Assembly: GCA_018402585.1 (NCBI GenBank)
Contig: JAGYIO010000002.1
Coordinates: 138,070 to 202,069 of the forward strand
Length of the DNA: 64,000 nt
From: Chthoniobacterales bacterium
GTDB taxonomy: Bacteria > Verrucomicrobiota > Verrucomicrobiia > Chthoniobacterales > JACTMZ01
Direction of reading: 5' to 3'
This document shows, one piece after another, positions 50,250 through 64,000 of this stretch (within the stretch, counting starts at the first letter, position 1; each line of letters opens with the position of its first letter). The position numbers and the translations under genes were made by a program. Below the pieces are notes generated by a model that worked only from the letters and a program-made list of their open reading frames with translations, searched no databases and had not been told where the DNA came from.

Positions 50250-51968
50250 ATGGCCTTGATCCCCGAACTGGTCGAACTCGCAGCGCGCCATGGCGCTGCT
50301 GACCGGGAAAAAATGACGGCGTCGCTGCAGGAAGCGGCGCGGACCCAGTCGTCGCTCCTGCGGGCTTTGCTCGACAGCACGGAGCTGGACGAAAACGGGT
50401 TCTACCGCGACCTGGCCGACAAATTTCACCTCCGCTGGGGCGGGAGCGAGGTGGCCAAGGCCACCCCGGAAATGCGGGCCAAGCTGCCGGCCCGCATCGC
50501 CCTGCGTTACCAGTTGCTCCCGATCGAGACGAACGACGAATCGATCACTTTGCTGACCTACGATCCTTTCGACCTGCTCGCCCGCCAAGCCGTGGCCGAA
50601 GCCGTGCCGCAGCAAGTGCGTTATGAAATCTACACCCGGAAAGGAATTCTGCCTGCCTTGCGCCAAGTCTACGGTATCGGGGCCGAAACCTTCGAGGAGC
50701 TGCTCGAGGGACGCGGCATGGAGGAGGACATCGACCTCGGCCGGGGCGAGCAGGTCAACGTGCTCGACGAAGACGAATCGGAAGAGGCTTCGGTCAAAAA
50801 ATTCATTTACCAAGTCATGCGCGAGGCCCTGCGCGAGCGCGCCACCGACATCCACGTCGAACCGCTCTCCAATGACCTCCGTGTCCGCTACCGCATCGAC
50901 GGCGTCCTGCAGGAAGTTCCGGTCCCGGCCCAGATGCGCAAACTCCAGCGTTCGGTGATCAACATCCTCAAACTTACCGCCGGCCTCGATCTTGGCGAGG
51001 ATCGGCGTCCGCAGGACGGACGAATCAGCCTCGAGTTGGGCGGGCAACCGATCGACGTCCGGGTGGCTTCAATTCCGACCATCAATGGCGAAAGCATCAG
51101 CCTGCGCCTCCTCGGCAAGGAGGTCTTCAGTCTCGAGCGGCTCGGGCTGGACGAGGACTACGTTAAAAAAGTCCGGGATCTCCTCGCCTTGCCCAATGGC
51201 ATCATCCTGGTCACCGGCCCGACCGGCTGCGGCAAATCGACCACGCTTTACACCTTCCTTTCCGGGCTCAACACGAAGGAGCGCCGCATCCTCACGATCG
51301 AGGACCCGGTCGAGCACAAGCTGGCCGGGGTGAACCAGAGCGCGGTCCAGCCCGAGATCGGCAACACCTTTGCCAATCTCCTGCGCAGCTTCCTCCGGGG
51401 CGACCCGAACGTCATTATGGTCGGCGAAATGCGCGACTACGAAACGGCCGAAATTGCCATTCGCGCCGCCCTCACCGGCCACTTGGTCTTCAGCACCCTG
51501 CACACCAACGACGCGGTCGGCGGGATCACCCGCCTGCTCGACATGAACGTCGAACCCTTCCTCGTGGCCAGTGCGGTGCGCGCCTTCATCGCCCAGCGTC
51601 TGGTCCGCAAGCTCTGCCCGTCTTGCAAAGCGCCCGCCCAGCCGGGTGATTACTCGCCGGCCTACCTGCGCAGCATCGGCTTGCCGCCCGAATACGAGAG
51701 CAAGATCATGCGCGCGGTCGGCTGCGAAAACTGCCGCCAGTCGGGATACGAGGGGCGTCTCGCCATCATGGAACTCTGCCTGGTCACGCCGAAGCTGCAG
51801 GAAATGATCACCCAGCGCAAAACAGCGGCCGAACTTCGTCCCGCGGCGGAAAAAGAGGGCATGCGTCCCTTGCGCAAATACGGTTTTGACAAAGTTGCGG
51901 CCGGCCTCACCACGATTGAAGAAGTGATGCGCGTCACGACCTCCGACCTCAGCGCCCAGGACGAATAA
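50250..51968 (+). CDS. gspE: Type II secretion ATPase
   Basis: ATDIHVEP, PQDGRI, GPTGCGKSTT, GEMRD, TGHLVFSTLH. Confidence 0.94.
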   Translation: MALIPELVELAARHGAADREKMTASLQEAARTQSSLLRALLDSTELDENGFYRDLADKFHLRWGGSEVAKATPEMRAKLPARIALRYQLLPIETNDESITLLTYDPFDLLARQAVAEAVPQQVRYEIYTRKGILPALRQVYGIGAETFEELLEGRGMEEDIDLGRGEQVNVLDEDESEEASVKKFIYQVMREALRERATDIHVEPLSNDLRVRYRIDGVLQEVPVPAQMRKLQRSVINILKLTAGLDLGEDRRPQDGRISLELGGQPIDVRVASIPTINGESISLRLLGKEVFSLERLGLDEDYVKKVRDLLALPNGIILVTGPTGCGKSTTLYTFLSGLNTKERRILTIEDPVEHKLAGVNQSAVQPEIGNTFANLLRSFLRGDPNVIMVGEMRDYETAEIAIRAALTGHLVFSTLHTNDAVGGITRLLDMNVEPFLVASAVRAFIAQRLVRKLCPSCKAPAQPGDYSPAYLRSIGLPPEYESKIMRAVGCENCRQSGYEGRLAIMELCLVTPKLQEMITQRKTAAELRPAAEKEGMRPLRKYGFDKVAAGLTTIEEVMRVTTSDLSAQDE

Positions 51969-53206
51969 TGCCCTTCTTTGTCTACCAAGCCCTGCAGGCC
52001 GGCGGGGGCAAGACTTCGGGGGAACTCGAGGCCCTCAGCCGTCAAGACGCCTTCAGCAAACTCCGGCAGCAAAACCTGCAGCCATTTTCCCTCGCCGCCA
52101 AAGGGGCCGAAGCGGCCGAAGCGGCCGCCGCGGCCGCCGCCGGCGGCCCCGCCTCGGGTGAGAACACCCTCAACCGCGCGCAAGTCCTTCTCTTCACCGA
52201 GGAATTGTGCGAACTGCTCGAGGCCGGGCTGAAACTCGACCGCGCCCTCCAGGTCATCGAACAGCGCCAGGACAAATCCTCGCTCAGCGGTGTGGCGGCC
52301 AGCGCGCGGCAATCGCTGCGCGAAGGCGCCACTTTTTCCGCCGCCTTGAAAAAGGCCAGCCCGAGTTTTTCCGATCTTTATTGCAACATGGTCAAAGCGG
52401 GCGAGGCGAGCGGCACGGTCTCGAAAATCCTCAAGCGCCAAGTCGAGTTCCTCACCATGATGGGCGACCTGCAGCGCCGCGTGACCAGCGCGTTGATCTA
52501 CCCCTCGGTCATTTTCTCGGCCGGTATCGCCCTTCTCATCATTTTCATGACCTTCCTGCTCCCGCAGTTGACTGCCCTGCTGGGCAAGACCGGGCAATCC
52601 CTGCCCTTTGCCACGCGGATGCTTATCGGCACGAGCGAATTTTTCGGATCCTACTGGTGGGCCGTCCTTATTCTCCTCGCGGCCGGCATCCTTGGCTTCC
52701 GCCATTTGACCAGCAAAGGCGACGGGCGGATATGGTGGGACCGGACCAAGCTGCAGCTCCCCATCTTCGGGCCTTTGCTCCGCATGCGCTTTTACGCGCA
52801 GTTCACCCAGACGCTCTCCACCCTGCTCAACAATGACGTCTCGCTCATGCAGTCGATGCAACTTATCCGCAACGCGACACCCAACGTCTATCTCCAAAGC
52901 CAGCTCGAGCGTATTTCTGAAAACGTGCAGGACGGGGCCCAACTTTCGCGCGCCATCCAGCGGGTACAATTTTTCCCGCCGACCATGATCGATATCATCC
53001 AAGTCGGTGAAACGACCGGTGACCTCGGAACCGCGCTCGAGCGCAGCGCAAAGAGCTACGACAAACAACTTTCTGTCGTGATCGAACGGGTCACCGCCCT
53101 GATCCAACCCATGGTCATCCTCATGGTTGCCCTCTTTGTCGGCTTGGTCGCTTACTCCATGATCACCGGCATTCTCACCACGGTCTCCGGTTTGCCCAAA
53201 CGATAA
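51968..53206 (+). CDS. gspF: Type II secretion inner-membrane platform protein
   Basis: AGEASG, ALIYP, VGETTG.L. Confidence 0.93.
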   Translation: MPFFVYQALQAGGGKTSGELEALSRQDAFSKLRQQNLQPFSLAAKGAEAAEAAAAAAAGGPASGENTLNRAQVLLFTEELCELLEAGLKLDRALQVIEQRQDKSSLSGVAASARQSLREGATFSAALKKASPSFSDLYCNMVKAGEASGTVSKILKRQVEFLTMMGDLQRRVTSALIYPSVIFSAGIALLIIFMTFLLPQLTALLGKTGQSLPFATRMLIGTSEFFGSYWWAVLILLAAGILGFRHLTSKGDGRIWWDRTKLQLPIFGPLLRMRFYAQFTQTLSTLLNNDVSLMQSMQLIRNATPNVYLQSQLERISENVQDGAQLSRAIQRVQFFPPTMIDIIQVGETTGDLGTALERSAKSYDKQLSVVIERVTALIQPMVILMVALFVGLVAYSMITGILTTVSGLPKR

Positions 53207-53641
53207 GGGCTCCGGACTTTTCCGGGCTGCCCTGCTCCGCCGTGGTCGCCTTGACCGGCTGTGCGGCTTGGGGAAAGCCGCGGGCCCGGCTGGTGGCCAG
53301 GCACCGCGGACTGCACGACGCCTTCCGCGCCCCAGAGGGGTGCCGCCAGCTGACCGACCGGAACACCGATTTGCTCCCCAGGGCGAAGGCGCAAAACTCG
53401 GTGGTCGAGATTGCCGCCCAAGAGCAACGGGGTCTCCTCGTGGTTGCTGGCCCCTGGATGCGCCTGAGCCCAATTGCGATCGGGAGTCATCTCGGCGAGG
53501 TTTCCGGCCGCCCCGCCTCCCACGGTTCCGGCTGAAAAAGGACGTCGCGATCGGACTTTTTGGCCTCTTGCCGTTGGGTTCGCCCGTCACGGTCGAAGCG
53601 GCTGAAGTGGAAACAGCGGCCTCCGGTCAATCGGTTTCCGG

Positions 53642-55132
53642 CTAAAAATCCCCCGCGCGCAGCGACCGGAAGGCGGCCCCAAGGTGGTCGAGCAGGTCGG
53701 TCGGGGTGAGCGATTCCGGGGAGGCACCCTGCGTCAGGGCGATTTCCGCGGCCCGCCCGCAGACCCAAGCCCCGATGGACGCAGCCTGATAAGGGTCGCT
53801 GCCTTGGGCCAGCAAGGCGGTACAGACCCCGGTGAGAACGTCACCCATCCCCCCGGTCGCCATACCGGGATGTCCCGTGGTGTTATACCGGAGCGGCAGA
53901 CCGCGCTGGGCGATGACCGTGCGCGCGCCTTTGAGCAAAAGAGTGACCGCATGCTGGTCGCTAAAATCACGAGCCACTTTGCTGCGGTCCTTGATCTTCC
54001 GGCCGGCGAGGAGACGTTGCATTTCACCGGGGTGGGGGGTGAGCAAGCGTGGTCCCTTGGCCTGGTCGATGTGCTGCAGTCCGGCGTGGGCGACAATGGT
54101 CAAGGCATCGGCATCGACCACCACCGGACAAAGCGCCTCGCGCAGGACGCGCAGGGTGCGCACTTCTTGTCCGCTGCCGAGCCCCGGCCCGATGCCGATT
54201 GCGTCGACCGGAAAGTTGAAAATATCGGTCAGCTTTTCGAGCGGACGCACCATGACCTCGGGAATCATCGTGGCGGCCAGCAGGTCATAGGCCTCGGGCA
54301 AAGCGCCGAGCGAAACCAAGCCGGCCCCGCCCCGCACGGCGCCCGCCGTGCAGAGGTATGCCGCGCCCAGCGTGCCGCGCGAACCGGCGAGAAGAACGGC
54401 GCGCCCGCACATTCCCTTGTTCGTCTCGAACGCACGCGGCGGCCAGTCGCGGCGCAGGAGGGGAGCGGTGAGCAATTGGTCGGCCCGGCCGGCGGCCTCC
54501 GGCCGGCGAAAGTCGGGTGAATCAAGCAGGCCGAGCCGGCCGACGTGATTGACCGCCGCATCGGCAATCAGGCCGGTCTTGGCAAAACCGACCGTCGCGG
54601 TGAAGTCGGCCTCGACGCAGGGGTCACCGGGAAGGCCGGTGTCCGGGTCGAGGCCCGAGGGTACGTCGACGGCCACCGTTCTCGCGTTGGCGGTGCGGCG
54701 CAATTCATTCATCTCGAGCGCGAGCGAAGCGAGTGGCTCGCGCAAGGTTCCTTGCGAGCCGAGACCAAGCAACGCGTCGAGTTGCACCAGCGGGCCGTCC
54801 TGCGGGGTGGAAGGACGGAAAGGGCCGGACAACAGCGAAGAAGGCAAGGCGTCGAACTTGTCGCGGGTCAGCGCGGCCAACTCGTTGCGTGAAAACGGGG
54901 TGCGGACCAAGACGCGCCACCCGAGCACGGCAAGGTGCCGCGCGGCGACCAAGGCATCGCCGGCATTGTGACCTTTGCCTGCATAGCAGACAACCAATCC
55001 GGGCCGCGGGAAAAATTGGCTGACGAAGCGGGCCAGCTTCGCCCCGATGGTTTCCATGAGGACATCAGCGGGGATGCCGCGGGAAAATATTTCCTGCTCG
55101 AGTTGGAGCATGCGGGCGCGGGTCAGAAGCAT
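53642..55132 (-). CDS. nnr: Bifunctional NAD(P)H-hydrate epimerase/dehydratase
   Basis: LME..G, GKGHNAGD, AVDVPSG, TPHPGE, MATGGMGDVLTG. Confidence 0.93.
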   Translation of the reverse strand: MLLTRARMLQLEQEIFSRGIPADVLMETIGAKLARFVSQFFPRPGLVVCYAGKGHNAGDALVAARHLAVLGWRVLVRTPFSRNELAALTRDKFDALPSSLLSGPFRPSTPQDGPLVQLDALLGLGSQGTLREPLASLALEMNELRRTANARTVAVDVPSGLDPDTGLPGDPCVEADFTATVGFAKTGLIADAAVNHVGRLGLLDSPDFRRPEAAGRADQLLTAPLLRRDWPPRAFETNKGMCGRAVLLAGSRGTLGAAYLCTAGAVRGGAGLVSLGALPEAYDLLAATMIPEVMVRPLEKLTDIFNFPVDAIGIGPGLGSGQEVRTLRVLREALCPVVVDADALTIVAHAGLQHIDQAKGPRLLTPHPGEMQRLLAGRKIKDRSKVARDFSDQHAVTLLLKGARTVIAQRGLPLRYNTTGHPGMATGGMGDVLTGVCTALLAQGSDPYQAASIGAWVCGRAAEIALTQGASPESLTPTDLLDHLGAAFRSLRAGDF

Positions 55133-55251
55133 GCTCTTGGTTCTACGCGGGCCGCGGCGGGATGAGAAGAAAGGTTGTCCGGCCGCGAGACCAGACCTGG
55201 GCCGGCTGATCCCGGAGGCCCGGCCCGACCTGACGCGGGCCTGGCCGCCGA

Positions 55252-55824
55252 TCAAGAACGACCGCTGCGCACGACAACGCTCCAGTGTGCTCGCGCATAA
55301 CGCCAGCCGGAATAAATGGAGAGAAGCACGCTCGCCGCGACGAGGATCTGGCCGATGCTCAGCACCCAGAGCGGCCACAAGCCAATCCCGGAAAAGTCGC
55401 CCGCCGCATCACGGAGGAGGAAAAAGCCGATCATGATCATCTGGGAGGCCGTCTTGGTCTTGCCGGCGGGGTCGGCGGCCAGGACGGTGCCGTGGCTAAG
55501 GGCGAGTTGCCGCAGGCCGGTGATAAGAAAATCGCGCGAAATCAAGATGATCGCGGCCCACGCAGGGATGTCGTGCGACCAGGTCAAGCAGACGAGGGCG
55601 GCGGCGATGAGGACTTTGTCGGCCAGGGGGTCCATGAGGCGGCCGAAGTCGGTCTCGGTGCCGGTGCGACGGGCGATGACGCCGTCGAGGTAATCGGTGA
55701 TGATCGCGGTGGCAAAGGCGGCGGCGGCCACGGTGGCGCCCCACGTCAGGCTGCTCTCGCGGGCCATGACAAAGATCGCCGTGAGGAAAAGGCGCAGGAT
55801 GGTGAGTTGGTTGGGGAGAGTCAC
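55252..55824 (-). CDS. pgsA: CDP-diacylglycerol--glycerol-3-phosphate 3-phosphatidyltransferase
   Basis: LPNQLT..R, TDYLDG.IAR......FG..MDPLADK. Confidence 0.92.
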   Translation of the reverse strand: MTLPNQLTILRLFLTAIFVMARESSLTWGATVAAAAFATAIITDYLDGVIARRTGTETDFGRLMDPLADKVLIAAALVCLTWSHDIPAWAAIILISRDFLITGLRQLALSHGTVLAADPAGKTKTASQMIMIGFFLLRDAAGDFSGIGLWPLWVLSIGQILVAASVLLSIYSGWRYARAHWSVVVRSGRS

Positions 55825-56107
55825 GGCCGTGGTGCACGATGGCAAACCGGGACGTTGGAGACAAGACGGCGCGGCGCAGGCTGAGCGGCTTTGCCTGGCG
55901 CTGGTCGGCGGCAATGAGCAGGCAGAGACGGCGTCCCGCGGCCGGTCGGAGTGGTCGGGCGGTGGGGAGTCTGCTTGCCCTTTTCGGACCGGGGCAAAGA
56001 TTTTTTTTGAACGTTCGTTTGACCGTGCGGTCTATAGCTCCACGAACTTGGAGATCCGGCCCGCAGGGGAGCCTCGAAAAAACTTGAAGATTTTTTCAAA
56101 AAGGCGA

Positions 56108-56135
56108 TTGACTCTGCGCTGCTTTCTGGCAATCT
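56108..56135 (+). promoter_or_regulatory. Putative rRNA operon promoter
   Basis: TTGACT-N16-CAATCT preceded by A/T tracts; boxA-like TGTTTTTTGAAA at 56251. Confidence 0.5.
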
Positions 56136-56445
56136 CTCCATCCCCGCAAACGGGGTCCGAATCAATCGGTTCGTGTTCTTCTCATTGATGGCAATGAGCA
56201 GCAAGGCCAAAACCTTCCTGCCTGTTGTTTGTCCGGGGGGGAACACATAATGTTTTTTGAAATCCTGACTCTGAAAGTAAATTCAGAGGGTAACCACAAA
56301 GATTGAATTGTGGGTTATCGTCAGCAGTTTTTTTATGCGACATAAATTGGACCGCAAGGTCCGTCGCCCGTCGGTCTTAGCAACCGGCGGGAGATACTAT
56401 GTCAGGATTTGGTACTCAACCCGCAAGGGTGGTACCAGCTAACTT

Positions 56446-58015
<1,570 letters not shown>

Positions 58016-58187
58016 CAAGACTGTCCGGTTTACCGGACATTCAGGTCGACGATTAACTCGGAATGCAGTTTATTCCGATATTTCGTGGTCACGTGAAAAC
58101 GTGGACCACCTGGTGACGAATAACCCACAACTCAGTTTTTGTGCCCTGCCCTCTAAAAAAGCCCGATCCGGGCAAATTATTTTTCCC

Positions 58188-58260
58188 GGGGGCATAGCTC
58201 AGTTGGTAGAGCGCCAGCTTTGCAAGCTGGATGTCAGGGGTTCGAATCCCCTTGCCTCCA
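58188..58260 (+). tRNA. tRNA-Ala (TGC)
   Basis: GGGGGCA acceptor stem, CCAGC-TT-TGC-AA-GCTGG, GGTTCGAATCC. Confidence 0.97.
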
Positions 58261-58323
58261 AGCGAAGCGAGGAGGCCTCGTATCTAATGCGAAGCCTAAC
58301 CAGGAAAGATCGCCATGGCGATC

Positions 58324-58339
58324 AATCCCCTTGCCTCCA
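58324..58339 (+). repeat. 16-bp direct repeat of the tRNA-Ala 3' end
   Basis: aatccccttgcctcca identical to 58245-58260. Confidence 0.85.
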
Positions 58340-58344
58340 TGTGG

Positions 58345-58435
58345 AGTTTTAAGTTTGTAAGAATTAAGTTTTAAGGGAAAGCGGCACTTCTCGTGCGGTG
58401 TCTCTTAAAACTTACAAACTTAAGCTCTTAAAACT
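58345..58435. repeat. AT-rich 7-8-mer tandem repeat forming a long inverted repeat
   Basis: AGTTTTA-type units on the left, TAAAACT-type units on the right. Confidence 0.75.
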
Positions 58436-58441
58436 TTTCTT

Positions 58442-58515
58442 GGGCCTGTAGCTCAGTTGGTTAGAGCATGCGCTTGATAAGCGCAGGGTCACTGGTTCGA
58501 GCCCAGTCAGGCCCA
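58442..58515 (+). tRNA. tRNA-Ile (GAT)
   Basis: GGGCCTG acceptor stem, TGCGC-TT-GAT-AA-GCGCA, GGTTCGAG. Confidence 0.97.
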
Positions 58516-58691
58516 CGCCTGGCCGGCCGGAGCATGGACAGCACGAAACAACACTTTCAGACGTCGGGATGGACGTCGACGTTCTTTGACATCTGCATAG
58601 AGGGTAAACACAACTTCAAAGAGAGTTAGAGAATCTATAGAAATAAAGATTCAATTCATTTACGCGCGTCGCAAGACGCGGTAAGAAGATT

Positions 58692-61555
<2,864 letters not shown>

Positions 61556-61759
61556 TTTTTTTCCTCTGAGGACCCTTCGGGGCCGCTCATGAAATTTATG
61601 ACTTTACTAACCTGTTGGTAGTTGTGCCTCTATGCAGATGTGAAGGAACACGACGTTTGTCGCGGTTCTTCTTTGAAATTTTGGTAACGATTGGATCGTT
61701 AGAACTTGATTCGTTTGGAGGGCGGCCATCCCTGGCCGTCGCTTCCCGAGCGGCTCAAA

Positions 61760-61876
61760 TTCTGGTGATCATAGCGCAGTGGACCCACCCGTTCCCATCC
61801 CGAACACGGAAGTGAAACGCTGCAGCCCCGATGGTAGTGCTCCTCTAGGTTGCGCGAGAGTAGGACGTTGCCAGAA
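61760..61876 (+). rRNA. rrf: 5S rRNA
   Basis: TCTGG...CCAGA terminal helix, CCCATCCCGAACAC, GATGGTAGT. Confidence 0.96.
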
Positions 61877-61879
61877 TCC

Positions 61880-61914
61880 ACCCTCCCCATGGTTTTCCAT
61901 GGGGAGGGTTTTTT
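61880..61914 (+). terminator. Rho-independent terminator of the rRNA operon
   Basis: accctccccatgg-tttt-ccatggggagggt followed by a T-run. Confidence 0.85.
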
Positions 61915-61917
61915 ATT

Positions 61918-62036
61918 TGTGGCACGGGCATCCTGCCCGCGATGTTCTGAGTCCATGGGCCAGATGCCCAGACCACATGCTTTCACCGTAGATGACGCAG
62001 AGATCGCCGAGAACCTGTAGCGGCGACAGCCTGTCC
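61918..62036. repeat. Cluster of degenerate REP-like palindromes
   Basis: tgtggcacgggcatcctgcccgc 61918-61940 and tgtagcggcgacagcctgtccgc near 62016, resembling the families at 22 kb and 30 kb. Confidence 0.5.
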
Positions 62037-62095
62037 GCCCGTGTGCGGATCCTCATCGCCGGTCGTTTTCCGAAAAAGTAGAAGCAACTGTGTTG

Positions 62096-63236
<1,141 letters not shown>

Positions 63237-63396
63237 ATTAGCACTATAGCAAAAAGGAACAGACAAGCGGCATCCTTGCCGCGCAACCCCAACGATAAGC
63301 GCCAGGGCCGGATTCTCACCAGGCATGCAAGTTGGACGCCCACGTCGGACTGCTTTTGCCGTGCTCAGTCGCCCCATATCGGCGACGGTTCACCTC

Positions 63397-63951
63397 ATGA
63401 AATTCCCGCTCCACACCAAAGATTCCGCCCCGGAAGAATCCAAACCCTTGCTCGCGCAGGTCGAGGCCGCTTTTGGCTTTGTGCCCAACCTTACGGCCAC
63501 GCTGGCCGAATCCCCCGCGGCCTTGTCCGGATACCTGCAGCTCAGCAGCGCGATTGAGCAGCATGCCGCGTTGAGTCCGCAGCAACAACAGATTGTCATG
63601 CTCGCGATCAGTGAGGCGAACGGTTGCGATTACTGCATGGCCGCACACAGCCTCATCGCCGGTATGGCTCAGGTGCCGGCGGAAACGGTGGCTACCCTTC
63701 GCCAGTGCGGGGATTTGACCGATCCCACAGAAGCGGCCCTGGGCAAGTTTGCCCGCGGCGTCATCGAACACCGCGGGTGGGTTCCGGAAGGCGATCAAGA
63801 GGCGTTCCTCGCCGCCGGCTTCACGCGGCGCCAATTACTCGATGTCATCGCGCTCGCGGCTCTCAAAACGTTGAGCAACTACGCCAATCATCTGGCCCAC
63901 ACGCCGCTCGACCCCGCCTTCGAGGGGCATCGTTGGACCAAATCACGCTGA
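63397..63951 (+). CDS. Carboxymuconolactone decarboxylase / AhpD-like protein
   Basis: FGFVPNL, ESPAAL.GY, NGCDYCMAAH, LSNYANH. Confidence 0.88.
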   Translation: MKFPLHTKDSAPEESKPLLAQVEAAFGFVPNLTATLAESPAALSGYLQLSSAIEQHAALSPQQQQIVMLAISEANGCDYCMAAHSLIAGMAQVPAETVATLRQCGDLTDPTEAALGKFARGVIEHRGWVPEGDQEAFLAAGFTRRQLLDVIALAALKTLSNYANHLAHTPLDPAFEGHRWTKSR

Positions 63952-64000
63952 CCCCCCGCCCGGGAAGCATGCTCGCCAAATTCACCGCCACCACGGCCCC

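Overview
GC-rich bacterial chromosome segment. The 16S sequence, the tRNA-Ala/tRNA-Ile spacer order, and the PEP-CTERM and H-X9-DG pilin-like proteins point to Verrucomicrobiota, probably Spartobacteria/Chthoniobacterales (recognition, not a database result). Housekeeping content: RND permease, pabB-like, hemA-hemC-cobA/hemD, pfkA, dacA-like, ribBA-ribH-nusB-ftsY, leuB, argD/argF, nnr, pgsA, tRNA-Pro, a full type II secretion cluster and a complete rRNA operon. Two highlights. (1) A complete IS110-family element (62083-63267) after the rRNA operon. Its 5' non-coding end reads as a bridge RNA, and all four guide segments match the element's own junctions: donor ACAGTTG-CT-TGTC and target GATGCCG-CT-TCTAC. 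The reconstructed target is a REP-like palindrome, and excision into a circle would create a promoter. (2) A putative iron-regulated heme-uptake operon (16175-21981) with no TonB-dependent receptor. A PEP-CTERM protein, a secreted protein and an H-X9-DG pilin-like protein precede heme oxygenase and hmuTUV. Also seen: several REP-like repeat families, a tRNA-Ala 3'-end duplication in the rRNA spacer, a CDS running antisense through tRNA-Pro, and many apparently leaderless genes.
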